From Elsinoe ampelina (lineage: Eukaryota): a stretch of DNA of 64,000 nt. Each line of letters starts with the position of its first letter. Within the stretch, counting starts at the first letter, position 1. The position numbers and the translations under genes are program-made. Of the stretch, positions 1-12,724 are shown in pieces. The notes under the pieces are model-generated. The model worked only from the letters and a program-made list of their open reading frames with translations. It was not told the DNA's origin and did not search any database. The stretch spans positions 1,105,109-1,169,108 of the forward strand of contig ML992506.1 in assembly GCA_010093995.1 (NCBI GenBank), given 5' to 3'.

Positions 1-37
1 ATCTAGTTTAGAATCTAGTTTAGAATCTAGTTTAGTA
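1..37 (+). repeat. 12-bp tandem repeat (atctagtttaga) inside the Copia integrase-RT linker
   Basis: The same array is present at ~55157-55252 in the second copy. Confidence 0.8.
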
Positions 38-318
38 GCTAAACTAGATACTATCTTAGACTCTAAGTTAGAGTAATCTAGATTAAGAGCTAAGCTTATC
101 TTAGTAGCTAGATAAGAGTTACTCTATTATACTAGATTAGTTACTACCTCTATTAGACTAATTAGAAGAGGCTATTCTAGATCTAAACTTAGCTTAGATC
201 TAGGAATCTTTACTAAATAAATAGTTCTTTAATACTCTAGCCTTACTACTATCTATAGTAGTATAGCTATCTCCTTTACTAATAGAAGAAGATAAAGCTA
301 AAGGAGATAAGATAGAAG

Positions 319-752
319 TAGAGTGGTTGAGTGGGTAATTACTATACTCTAAAGAGTATAGTAATTACAATATAACTTTTCGTAAAACTTTCGTGTTTTT
401 TGATATTTTAACGTGCATTAGTAAGCGTATTTTACTAATAAAGATATTTTGTCTATACTATCAAAAATTCTGCATTTTTTAGTACTATTTTTGCTTATGT
501 AATCTTAGATCCTGATTTTTAGTAGTGATTTCAAATTTCTTTCTTCTTCTAAAAATCAGGATCTAGGATTACGTAAGCGAAAGTAGTACCAAAAAATGTA
601 AATCTTTTTATAGTATAGAAAAAATACTTTAGATTATAAAAGAAGCTTACTAATACACGTAAAAACATCAAAAAACACAAAAGTTTTACGAAAAGTTATA
701 TTATAATTACTATACTCTAAAGAGTATAGTAATTACTCACTCGACCACCCTA
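319..752. mobile_element. 434-bp foldback MITE, hAT-like, copy 1
   Basis: Ends TAGAGTGG...CCACCCTA. 8-bp TSD gatagaag at 311-318 and 753-760. The empty site is visible in the paralogous Copia at ~55450-55475. Confidence 0.9.
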
Positions 753-1733
753 GATAGAAGTTTAGACTAAAGGAGTAGTCAAAGCTTAGCCTAAGTAACC
801 CCCTTAAAGAATTACTATAAGGTTAGCTAATCTTCTTCCTAAATATATCTTTATAATAAGAAGAATAAGAAAACTAAGAAGGTAAGTATATATTACTACC
901 CTTATATAAACTAATAAGGCTCCTTAGCTCCTAGATATTACTAAGCCTTTAATACTTATCTATTAATAACACTAACTTAGCCTAAGCTATAATTAAGAGA
1001 TAATCTTCTACTACTACTAGCTAATATTAGAGAACTTAAGGCTTATTCTTATAAGAAGTAATTTTAAGAGGCTATAAAGATTAAATTACTTACTTTATAC
1101 TTAAAACATATATAGACTATTATACTAGTAGCTTAAGCTACTAGTAAGCTTATCCTTTTAATATAGGTATTTACTTATAAAGTTAATAATAAAGGAGAAG
1201 TTATAAAGTATAAAGTAAAAGTCTATATAAGAGATAATCTCTAATTAATAGAATCTAAGACTTATATAGTAACTCTAGCAGCTAAGATCTTTAGAATACT
1301 TATAGCATTACTTACTTATAAAGATATAGAGGCTATTTAGATAAATATTGTTAATGCCTATATTAATAGTCCTATTAATAAGACTATTTACTATACTATT
1401 TCTACTAGATTTAAGCTAGTTATAGAGGATCTTATAAAGGACTATTCTAGTATTACTCTATTAGATGTAATTCTACTACTTAATAAGGCACTATATAGCC
1501 TAAAGTAAGCCCTAGCTCTCTAGTATACTAAATTTACTACTACTCTAAAGGGTATTAGATTTACTTAAGCCCCTAAGGCTTTATATCTCTAAATAATACT
1601 TAAAGTAATAATCTTCTTCTTTATAGATAATATTACTATTATATATCTTAAGAAGTACTAATAAGGAGAAAGCTAATACTATTATTATAGCTCTCTATAC
1701 TAAATATAAGATAAAGGTACTTAGAGATCTAAG

Positions 1734-2167
1734 TAGGGTGGTCGAGTAGGTAATTACTATACTCTAAAGAGTATAGTAATTACAATATAACTTTTCGTAA
1801 AACTTTTGTGTTTTTTGATGTTTTTACGTGTATTAGTAAGCTTCTTTTATAATCTAAAGTATTTTTTCTATACTATAAAAAAATTTACATTTTTTGGTAC
1901 TACTTTTGCTTACGTAATCCTAGATCCTGATTTTTAGAAGAAGAAAGAAATTTGAAATCACTACTAAAAATCAGGATCTAAGATTACATAAGCAAAAATA
2001 GTACTAAAAAATGCAGAATTTTTTATAGTATAGACAAAATATCTTTATTAGTAAAATACGCTTACTAATGCACGTTAAAATATCAAAAAACACGAAAATT
2101 TCACGAAAAGTTATATTGTAATTACTATACTCTTTAGAGTATAGTAATTACCCACTTAACCACCCTA
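1734..2167. mobile_element. 434-bp foldback MITE, copy 2, in opposite orientation to copy 1
   Basis: Ends TAGGGTGG...CCACCCTA. 8-bp TSD gatctaag at 1726-1733 and 2168-2175. The central spacer is reverse-complemented relative to copy 1. Confidence 0.9.
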
Positions 2168-3085
2168 GATCTAAGCTAGTTTTTAGCTATCTAAGTTATA
2201 AGGGATAGACTAACAAAGAGACTCTAGCTTAGCTAAGCCTAGTATATATAATAGATATATAGTAAGTTTATTATAGAACTAATAAGGCTAGTGTTAATAC
2301 TACTACTAATTAAGATACTTTAACCTTATAAAGGCTAAGTATTACTATAAGAGATCTACTTATATTAGTAAAAGGTAGAATCTATTAACTTTATAGTAGT
2401 TATTATAAGGCCTAATATAGCCTTTACTACTTCTAGATTATTAGAGTACTTAACTAATCTATTACTAACTTACTAGAGGCTAGTAAATAGAGTAATCTAG
2501 TATCTCTATAAAACTAAAGATCTAGCTCTTACCTTTAATAGCTTAATACTACCTCTAATCTTCTAAGTCTTATTAGATACTAGCTTTAGTAGTTACCCTT
2601 TAAGGAAGAGCCTTTAAGGCTATCTATTTAAGATGTTCTAAGGCTTAATTAACTAGAAGGCTACTAAGTAGCTAATAGTTATAACCTTAAGTATAGAAGC
2701 TAAATTACTTACTCTTATAGAGACTACTAAGTAAGCTATATAGTAGAGGAGGCTAATAGCCTCTATCTATCCCCTTAAGTATATTAGTATTTAGTGTAAC
2801 AATTAGTAAATAATTAGCCTTATTACTAGTCTAATTAAGAAGCTTAATATATATCTTTATTATATTAATATCTATTATTACTAGCTAAGACAAGAGATTA
2901 ATCTAGCTAGAGATCTATCTAGCTCTATCTTAGTAACATAGACACTATTAGTAGACACCTTAGCTAATAGTTTAACTAAGTTATTACTACCTAGAAGGTA
3001 TAAGGCCTTCTTATAATAGCTATTCCTCGAGTTAGTAGTCTACTAACTAGCTATAATAGTCTTATAGCTATTTAGTAAAGGGGTA

Positions 3086-3345
3086 TATTAACTAAGGTAT
3101 AAGCTAGAGCGCTAAGAAGGACCCTAATTTAGTTTATCCCCTAGTAGAACTAAATACTTATCTACTACTCTACTAGTTTATAATTAAATTAGATAGTTAT
3201 TGTCTTAATCTAGTATTATTTAGGAGTTCTATTAATTTAGTTATCTCTTAGTTTATTAGGTTAAGTATTTATGTAGTTACAATCCACCTTAGTTTAGTAG
3301 ATCAGGCAGTAATCAATCCTTTTTTCTCCCCCACACAAGTCAACA
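3086..3345 (+). repeat. Copia 3' LTR (260 bp)
   Basis: Aligns to 45011-45270 and 56940-57199. T(G>A)...CA termini. Confidence 0.9.
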
Positions 3346-3447
3346 CCCTTCCCTAACTTGCTCCACTTGCCGAACGCGACTCGGTCAACTTTCTCCAGCT
3401 TCATTATTCTTCTGACCAGCCAGCAACCACGCTCAGGCCTGTGCAGC

Positions 3448-3802
3448 ATGGCAGACCGACCAATGTCCAATGGCGATGCGACTGCGTTCCTGACCTCTTT
3501 GCTGAACAAGTCGTTGCGTATTCACGTCACAGATGGGCGCATGTTCGTGGGCCAGATGAAATGTACCGATCAGGTAAGGCCGTGTCCCAGCAGAGTGCTA
3601 GCTACAAATTGATCAGGACTTCCAGGAGCGGAACATCATCCTCGCATGCACTCACGAATACCGGCGACCTTCGAAGCGAGCAATTGAGCAAGCCGCGCAG
3701 AATCCATCGGCCGACGGGAAAGTGCGACTGGACATGGTCAAGCGATTCGTCGGTCTCGTCGTCGTGCCCGGGCAGTATATCACGAAGATCGAATTGGACT
3801 GA
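3448..3802 (+). CDS. Sm-like (LSM) protein, Mak31/NAA38/LSMD1 type (NatC auxiliary subunit); intron 3574-3625
   Basis: Spliced product reads LRIHVTDGRMFVGQMKCTDQ|ERNIILACTHEYR...RFVGLVVVPGQYITKIELD, containing Sm1 and Sm2 motifs. Confidence 0.8.
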
Positions 3803-4001
3803 AAAGATGGACGGGAAGATGTAAGAGTCATGATATATCATATCGGCTGCACTATCCACCGTCTCGTGATCCAGCCGGACACGAGAGGGCAGCACCCGAC
3901 TTTCATGCAGGCCTACACCATGCTAAACACCGCGCTCATGCAACCAGTCGTCGCTCGAATGCAAACATTTCTGCTGGAAAAGTCGAAGCTGCAGGTATTG
4001 G

Positions 4002-6066
4002 CTACAGCTTGACTCCCCATATCCCACGACCACCGCATACGCCCAGCCAGTCGCCGCCTTGGCTTGTCAGGACACTCTGAGGTGCCCAGCTGATGTTGCT
4101 GACCTCGTAACCGCATCGCCAGTTTGCGCTTGGATACTTAATCTGGGGTTCGGTCTGTCCTGGTTGTCCGCTTCCGTTCACGTTCTGGCTACTTGCAGCG
4201 CCAAGCAGGTCCCAGACTAAGACGAGACTGTCATCCGCGCCAGAGGCGAGCATACCTCTTCGACTCGGTGACCATTCAATTGAGTTCAAGGCAGCACCAT
4301 GTCCGTGCAGCTCGATGATAGCGTTGCCTGGCTGGCGCACATCCAGTATGCGGATCAGATTGCTATCTGCTGCAAATGTCGCAAGAAGGTGCGAGTCATG
4401 CGGAGAAGCTGCAAGGCGTAGGAGTGGTGGAGAGGGCGTGAGGGTTTGTTGTTGTTGCTTAGACGGCGACGATGCTACTGGTGAAGCGACTGTTCGGATC
4501 AGTAAGGGACTGCAAATGGACAGTGTGATGGCATACCTTTGTCCTTCTCACCTTTTTCAGAAGGCTCGTAGATGATCGTGCTGTGCTCTAAACTCCGCAA
4601 ATCGAACATACGCACGCTGCCGTCTGCTCCACACGACACAAAGACGTCAACGCTGCCCGCGCAAAATCGCACATCGTACACTTCTTTGTCGTGTGCAATC
4701 AATTGTGTCTTTGCTGTAAGAGTGGGAATATCCCATATCGTGCATGTCGTATCAATGCTCGACGTGATGATAAGCTTCGGTGACAGTGTATTCCAGTCAA
4801 GGGATGTCAGGGGCGCGGTGTGCTCGGGCGTCTTCGAGTTGCTAAGCAAAGCGAGTGGCAAAAGCTTTTGTATCGGCGCATCTCTCGTGTTCGCCGTCGA
4901 AGATCTGTTGATATTGCTTGTCACATTGGATGGCTGAGAGGGGGGTAACGACCACAGTCGCAAGTGGTCGCCCGAAGTGGCGAGCAGATCGGTCGATTGT
5001 TTCTGTGACGATGGAGGCTCCCACGATATCCGCGTGACTGGATATGCGCATGTCGCCTCTGCTGTCCTGGTGAACTCAATGCCATACGAAGGTCCGCCAT
5101 GCATCGATCCCTCTTGCGGCACGACTTGTGTATCTAATATTTGAATCTGAAAGTGTTAGCTTTCAACACCCTCAAATAGGCATGCTAAGCACTAACAAAG
5201 TTGTGCGGATCTTCCAGATAGCTGCCGAGCGCCATCTTGCCGCCGCTACCTCCGCTGCTTACTGGCCACTTACACCAGTCGTATGCGTACGTCGCCCATG
5301 GAGCAAGATAATTACTGTTGGTCTGAACAGGGCTGGCGTCGTAGGTAGCGCTCGGGCCGGCAAAATCGATCCCCAAGTCGTTACCCAGCGAAGGCCGAAT
5401 GTCTGAAAGCCCCAATGGCGAATGCGATACTCCTGTAGGTGTCTGAGGCGGGAACATTTTCGAGCTTCCTCCTGGGGTCACACTAGGCGTCGTGCTTGAG
5501 AAAGGTATGTACTTCTGATCCATCCCGATCGGACTCGACTTCGAGTGACTGTGTGACGACCCTAATATCCCTGCTCTTGGAGGCGGCACGTAGTGCTGTT
5601 GGGCGCCGCTGGATGGCATTGACGGTACTGTGGATGGAGCATTGAAGTTGGACGAGACGCTGCCTCGAGCTGACCCTCCTGGTTGTAGCGCATCTGGCAC
5701 GCCGCTCGAGGGTGTGTTGAATTGTGAACCTTGAGGTGTTGCTTGCTGGAATTGTATATTGGGCGCTTGGCCACCCAGGATATCGGATTGAGAAGAGTAT
5801 CGCGAATGATGCGCGCTTTGCGGAGTGTATGGATTCTGCGGACCTCCTCCGTGGTACATTTGATCGGGCGCACCGCCTATACCTTGACCTCGTTGTGGTG
5901 TTCCGAAGCCCTGCATGTTGGAGGGCAATGCCGTCGACGGAGCTGAAATAGATCCCGCATTTCGGCTATGGTGCGCATTGGACGGAACCTGAGGTGGATT
6001 CTGGTAGGAAGAAGATCCAGATAAAGGTAGGATGCTGTCTCCGCCAGGGCCCTGCCCTGCAGACAT
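4002..6066 (-). CDS. WD40 scaffold of the DCAF7/WDR68/AN11 (yeast Ypl247c) family with a long low-complexity N-terminus; 2 introns
   Basis: Motifs [69 protein letters not shown]. Canonical introns near 5149-5196 and ~4493-4536. Confidence 0.9.
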
Positions 6067-6361
6067 GATGATACGTTGGCGCCCGAATGTGGTTGAATGC
6101 GGATTGACTGGTCCAAGCGGCGCTCTAGTGAGAATAGCAGGAGATCGATTGACGCGACTGTGATAGTCGTGATTCCGATGCGACGGTAAGTGTAGGTTGG
6201 GTGGGTTGTTGTTCTATTAGTCGTGGCCGGCTTGCGATTGAAGGAACGGAGGAAGTCAGAGATGCCAAGAATTTCCCCTTCCAGAGCTGGCCCTTGTGAC
6301 GACAACCTTGCCTCCTCTAGCACAAACATTGGTTCATCTCATTCACAAAGTGTCAACAGAG

Positions 6362-7558
6362 ATGGCGTCAGAGACAGGGACCACTCCTCGATTCCTCTTA
6401 CTGCTACCACCAGCGCCGGCCGAAGGTGATGCAGAGATCATAAATGGCGTGTACGGTGATTCGATTCGGCAAGTTCTTAAAGAGGTAGCTCTCGCATCTC
6501 AATCAAGCACAGATGCTGCAATACTGGAAATAGCTTTGGCATGTCCTCATCTGCTTATGAAACCGTCGCGGAACTTCGATCGTTACCAGAAGACGCAATC
6601 AGTGGTTGCACAAATCTACAGATTAGTATGCACGTTGGCGGCCAAGGATACGATCAATGTAGAAGACAGAGATGGCGTTGACGTACGAGTAATTCTAGTC
6701 GGCTGGGACGGTCAATCATCTTCGAATCCGAGTCCGACACGTTTCGTACCGACCATTCAGGATCTGGCTGCTTCCTCACGGCAGTGGCAATACGCATTTG
6801 GCGTCGAGAATGAGGCTGGAGAGGCTATGGTGAGGGCATTTGTGACAGCGAAGAGTTCTGTGAAGCAGACAAATGCTGCGTCCGGGTGGCGAGAGACTGG
6901 CAGAACCCCTGAAAGTGGCTCAGGCGGTCGACTACCTTGCGTCGCGGTGGGAGGTACTTTTGACCATCTCCATATCGGCCATAAACTGCTCCTCACTTTG
7001 ACGGTGTTTGCTGTCTTGGACGACGAGGCCGATTCCGACGCCGATAGGTCAGTGATAATCGGCATCACGGGTGATGAACTATTGAAGAACAAGAAGTACG
7101 CCGAACACCTGGAAAGCTGGCACGATCGCCAGCGAGCTGTGCTGGACTTTGTGGCAGCTACGTTCAGTTTCGATCGTCCTGATCAGCCACCACCATCAAG
7201 CACCGAAGTTTCTCGAGAAGGTCCTAATGGGCACGCAATCGATACCAAGTTCTCGAACGGATTATACCTGAGATGCGTGGAGATTGGCGATCCGTTCGGT
7301 CCTACTATCACAGAAGCAGAAATTGATGCTCTGATCATCTCAGCAGAGACACGGGCAGGTGGCAAGGCAGTAAACGATAAGCGACTCGAACAGGGTTGGA
7401 AAGCCTTGGAAGTCCTCGAGGTCGACGTGCTGGACACAGAAGAAGCCACCACATCGCAGTCAGGTGGCCCAACGTCAACAGACGATTTTGCCGGCAAGAT
7501 CAGTAGCACAGAAATTCGACGCAAACTGAGCAGCAAAGTTCATCCTTCGGTCTTGTAA
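6362..7558 (+). CDS. CAB4: Phosphopantetheine adenylyltransferase (cytidylyltransferase fold)
   Basis: VAVGGTFDHLHIGHK (HIGH motif), DPFGPT, ISAETRAGG, KISSTEIR. Confidence 0.85.
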   Translation: MASETGTTPRFLLLLPPAPAEGDAEIINGVYGDSIRQVLKEVALASQSSTDAAILEIALACPHLLMKPSRNFDRYQKTQSVVAQIYRLVCTLAAKDTINVEDRDGVDVRVILVGWDGQSSSNPSPTRFVPTIQDLAASSRQWQYAFGVENEAGEAMVRAFVTAKSSVKQTNAASGWRETGRTPESGSGGRLPCVAVGGTFDHLHIGHKLLLTLTVFAVLDDEADSDADRSVIIGITGDELLKNKKYAEHLESWHDRQRAVLDFVAATFSFDRPDQPPPSSTEVSREGPNGHAIDTKFSNGLYLRCVEIGDPFGPTITEAEIDALIISAETRAGGKAVNDKRLEQGWKALEVLEVDVLDTEEATTSQSGGPTSTDDFAGKISSTEIRRKLSSKVHPSVL

Positions 7559-7837
7559 TATACACCGGCAGGAAACTAGTACATGAAGCAATGTTCTCTT
7601 GCCGACTGGTTCAATATGCAACAAGCCGACAGAATGCATAAATCTCACTTCCACGATGTATACACTAAACAAGAGTACCTGACCGGCCCCGCCCGCATCA
7701 GGAACACTGATTGGTGCCCAGGTCAGGCCGCCTACACTGGCCCCCACTAGCTTACATTTCACGACAATCGGTCTGCTTATCCGGAGTGCCTTCTCCTTCT
7801 TCTTCACCCACAGCCTGGAAATTAAGTTGCATGGGCC

Positions 7838-10800
7838 ATGCCTGCTGCACCGCCTCGCAACCGTTCTGGCTTCGATGTTCTAATCATCTGCGCACTGCCC
7901 ATCGAAGCCGATGCTGTGGAAGCGATTTTTGACGTATACTACGAAGGCGTCAATGATTACGGAGCAGCCCCAGATGATCCGAACAGCTATGCAACGGGAG
8001 CGATTGGGGATCACAATGTCGTTCTCCTCCGAATGCCTGGGATGGGCTCAATCTCTTCTGCATCGACCGCCGCAAATGTACGGCTGAGCTTTCCGGCCAT
8101 AAGACTTGCATTGGTCGTCGGCATCTGGGGTGCAGTTCCACATTACCAGTCGAAGGACATCTTCCTGGGAGATATCATTGTCAGTCGATTGATCGTCCAA
8201 TACGATTTTGGTCGTCAGTATCCTACCAAATTTGAGCGCAAAACAGCAATGGAAGACAGTTTTGGTCGGCCTAGTGTGCGGATCCGCAGCCTGCTGGCAA
8301 CATTGGAGGGCAAACGCAAACAGAAGATGATGACTGATCTCATTTCCACCACATTGAAGAAAATGCAGGATGAGGATTCAGACTACACGTGGCCCGGGGC
8401 AGCAACGGATCTGTCATTCGATGCGTCGTACTACCACAAACATCGATCAACTTGTGAGGAGTGTCAGCCGGAAGATTCGGTTGGGTGCTCTGTGTCACGC
8501 TCCGCAACGTGTGACAAGCTGGCATGTGCTGAATACGCCTCGACAAAGGTGCGAAGACGACCAGAGTTTGACGGGCTGCATCGACCCGCAATACATGTCG
8601 GCAGGATGGGTTGCGCGAACACAGTCATGAAGTCAGGTCATGACAGAGACCGTTGGGCATCGGAGGATTCCTTAATCGGATTTGAAATGGAAGGTGCTGG
8701 TGTTTGGGACAGTTATCCTAGTCTGGTTATCAAGGCCGTCTGTGACTATGCCGATAGTCACAAGAACAAAGCATGGCAGGTTTATACAACAGCTGTCGCT
8801 GCGGCGGCCGCAAAAGCATTGTTGAAGGAATGGAGACCCCCCGTTGAGGCACAGGCAGGTCAAGACACCTAGTTACACCAGCAAGGGATCAGTCTGACCG
8901 TCGCTAGATAGACCCAATAGTTGCACCTAAGATGCGAATCGCTGGCTGTGCCCACTGGCTTGTGCAAAGACCTCTCAATCCATTATTTACCGGTCGTGGC
9001 GAGATACTGGAACGTGTTCAGGATTTGCTTGATCTCAGGCTGGAAGGTGAAGGGCGATACGATCCTTGTCGTATTGTGATCACCGGCCTTGGTGGAATGG
9101 GCAAAAGCGAGATATGCCTGAAAGTGGCAAATCAGATGCGGGAAAGGTGTGTTTACTGCGAACTGCACAAGGCAAGAATTGACATGACGAAGATTCTGGG
9201 CAGTCTTCTGGGTCGATGTGAGCTCCGGAGAGCAAGCAAAAGCGGCCTTCCTTGACATCGCACAACGCTTAAAGATCATCGCCCAGACCGTCAGTGAGGT
9301 CAAACGAGCACTTGAGAACTTGCGACAACCTTGGCTACTAGTCCTTGACAATGCGGACGACGTCGATTTCGACTACTTTGAATTTTTGCCTTCTGGTCGG
9401 CAAGGCTACATTCTCATGACATCTCGTATCGCTGAGTGCTCAAAGTATGCCACAAGCACTGGTCTCCATGAAGAATTATTAGACCTTAGCAAGGATGATG
9501 CAAAGCGACTTCTGCTGAAAGCCGCCAATGTCGATCTCGACCATAGTCAAGCTGAGGACGATGAAGCTATACAGATATGCGAGCTCCTCGGTAATCACGT
9601 TCTCGCCATCATCCAGGCTGATCGTATATCGCTCAAGGGTACTGTAGCCTTGGAAAATACCCATCACTGTTTGCAGACCGCAGGAAAACACTGCTGCAAC
9701 ATCATCCTAATCAAGCCAAATCACGATACGGCGACGTTTTCTCCACATTCGAAGTTGTTGCGGAGATGCTAGTTGCTTCGGAAGAGCAGGATCATAAAGA
9801 CGCTCTAGCACTACTCTCCATGATCGCAATGCTGAGCCACAATCCTCTGCCGATTCGGGTCTTTGAAGCAGCCAAACAGGCAGCCGTGGCTGAGTCCGAG
9901 GAATTGAAATATCAGGGCCTGGTCTGGCAGCTGCGCAGCCTACCAGACCTCCTCGACAGGCCAGAGCCTCGGCTCGTCTCATCCGGGGGCATAAAACAGT
10001 CTGCTCGATGGCTGATCGGCATCAAAACCATTCGGAAGGACTCCAAGGCTGAGTTGCCAACATCGCGAGTGATCAGTGCGCTGTCGCTTCTGACCTCACT
10101 CACGCTGGTTACCCGTAGCATGGCAGACAACTCAGTCATGGTCTCAATGCATCCTTTGGTCCATGCATGGGCGAGAGACAGGCAGAGCAGTATAGAGCGT
10201 GAGAAGAGTTGGACTCAAGCTCTGTGTATCATATCCTTCTCGTCATTCGCAACACGATTCTGGACTGTGCAAGGGCTCTACCTCCAGCCACACCTCTTGG
10301 CCATTCTCGACAGGGACATGGGGGAAATGTTCGCCGGGCGGCCGCGATATGCAACGGCAAGGCTGCTGAGTAATCTCACCAGTGCCCTCTTACTGCTAAC
10401 GCTGGACGCAAAATGCTTGGATTTCCTGGACAAGATGTTCGCGTATCTCGGCCTGAAAGTGCGAAAGCCAGATCTCCAGCATTGGGCAGCATACAATAAC
10501 TACAGCATCGCGCTAGGCCACAAAGGAGACGACAACACGGCTGTGTACATCCTTCAAAGGCTGTATGACGGACTTCGTCCAGGAATATTTTCCAAGGGTC
10601 AGACGCAGAATACTTTACAGATCGCGTGCTCGCTTAGCACCGTCTACAATGCGACCGCCCGCCCAGAAAAGACAATTGGCCTTCTTGAACCGCTAATGAG
10701 CAGCTTGCAAAGGCGCCCTTCGCATGACATTGTTAGGATGCACGCGGAGACTTGCCTTGGTGAGGCGTATGGACATATAGGAAAGATCCAGGAAGCGGTC

Positions 10801-11904
10801 ACTATGCTCAAGCGTGCCTCCCAGATCCAGCTCGAGGCACTTGGGGAGGCTGCGGACCTTTATGGCGATACCCAGCGACTTTTGGCCTTCTATATGTCGG
10901 ACTTGGGACAATGCAACGAAGCGATCAGTATGATGGAGCAATTAAGGGTCGTGCAAGAGAAGCACCGACCAGTTCTGCATGCGCGGCGTCTCCTCGTCGA
11001 AGCAGAACTAGGATGTCAGTACCTCAAGGCTGGCCGCACTGCAGAGGGGATCCAAATTCTGGAAGCTGTAGAGCCTCTACAAGCTAAGATACATAGAGCA
11101 GACAATCCGTCTCTCCTCGGAACTAGACTCAACCTAGGGGAGGCTTATCTCCGGGTAGAGAAGTTCTCGAAAACAGTCGACATCCTAGAACCGGTCATGC
11201 TGGCGCTAAGTCAGCCACAGCGTGTAACAACGCCTTCGCACAGGACGGCCTGTACTCTTCGCTTATCGCGTGGGTATCTGTTCACTTCGCAGGCCGACAA
11301 AGCCATCAGCATTCTGCAGAGCGAGATCTCGGCCCTGCCAGAAGACCCAACCTCGAGGACAAGCGCCATAGAATTGTTGATCATGGCTTTCCAACAGACG
11401 AAGCAGCTGGATCAAGAAATAAAGACCCGAGAGATTTACCAAGAGCATCAACTTCGCTTCAGCATTCACCCGTCTCATGCCGTTAGAATGAGACATGATC
11501 TAGGCAAAGCGTACGCACGAGCAGGGCGTCACACTGATGCGATTATATGTCAAGAAGAAGCAGTGGCAATAGCAAAGGCGCAGATGCCAGAAGAAGACTC
11601 GCTACGGCTGACAGCGCAGTACGAGCTTGCCAGGCAGTTGCTGACAGTGGACAGAGCGCAGGAGGCGAGAGACCTGACTGGAAACGTCGTAGGTGTCCTC
11701 CAAAAGTGCAGAGCAAAGACAGATCTATTTAGGTTAGCGTTCGAGCATCAGTTGGCTTATGCCTGCTTCATGGTAGGTGACAAGCCAAAGGCGATTGAGG
11801 CGATGCAGAAGGTGGTGGACATCCAAGCAAAGGCATTACTAGAGGATCATCCGCAGCGGATACTCTCGGAGAAGACGTTGGTCTGGTTCAAGGAAAGCAC
11901 ATAG
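7838..11904 (+). pseudogene. Fungal NLR (PNP_UDP nucleoside phosphorylase effector + NB-ARC + TPR); introns 8859-8911 and ~9147-9191; apparent 1-bp frameshift at ~9620
   Basis: PNP_UDP motifs ICALPIEA, FEMEGAGVW and KAVCDYADSHKNK. NB-ARC motifs FTGR, GLGGMGKS, WLLVLDNAD and MHPLVHAW. TPR-like C-terminus. The reading frame breaks after LAIIQA. Confidence 0.85.
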
Positions 11905-12724
11905 ATATCGAGCGACCAGGGGTGGATCATACACTGTGTCTTCCCATGTATCTTTCCAGTCTACTGCTGCAAGGCCCAAGCTACTGCACCTCGGTCATCG
12001 ACTTTATGCAGGCTGAGGTCATTCCAGCTGAGACATGAATCATATGATGCTTGATGAGCTTGAGAAAGGGGTGCATTACGAGATAGCAGATGTTGCACAA
12101 CTCGTATCTTGCACGATATGGCAGACGAACGTTCATGTCAGCTCGCCAGGTGGGCCTGACAATGGGACATGCAAAAAGACCAAAGACATTGGGCGTGGGT
12201 GTTTCGATTGGCGCCGCGACACCTTCTTGCTTCTTCGACCTCATTTCCGCATGCACATCCTCCCACACCACTCGCATCTTCCATCATGCAGTCTCCACCC
12301 ATCAAAATATGCAGTCGCTATCGCCCCTGATTCGTCTCGTCCGTCACACCGCTCCGGGCCGCTACCGCGCATTTGAAGTCAAGCACGTGACAAGTGGCGG
12401 TCAAGACACACTCCCATTGGCACACGCTCCCTCCGGACGGAACTACTTCATGCACGACCAGGATCCATTTCGACTCGATCAACAGGTCGGGATGCGCCCC
12501 CCGGGACATGCATGCAACGACCTTCCGGCGGCCTTGTGTGACCTCAAAAACCTTGCTGGTTGCTGTTTCACAATCTCTGCGCACACATGTAGGTGTCCTG
12601 TCTGCTTTTGGGTATCCCTGGGCACCGCTGCAGGACGTGGCGCCCTCGAGTGATATGATGAAATTTTTGTCGGAGCTTGCTGAACTTTCTGATTTTTCTC
12701 GACACGCTGGCAGAAACACGATCG

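Larger units (their letters stand above)
1..3345 (+). mobile_element. 3' part of a RIP-inactivated Ty1/Copia LTR retrotransposon (RT-RNase H region, PPT, 3' LTR)
   Basis: Very TpA-rich and CpA/TpG-poor, with no ORFs. Colinear with 55157-57199 apart from the MITE-associated differences. A purine tract (aaagggg) precedes a 260-bp LTR ending in ...gtcaaca. Confidence 0.9.

Noticed and set aside
319..2167. Repeated palindromes resembling a CRISPR array or operator sites
   Set aside because: They are the terminal hairpins of MITE copies with TSDs in eukaryotic DNA, and there is no repeat-spacer periodicity.
11981..12720. Cluster of short overlapping ORFs next to the NLR as an amyloid/HeLo partner gene
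   Set aside because: No HeLo/HELL, gasdermin or amyloid-repeat motif is visible.
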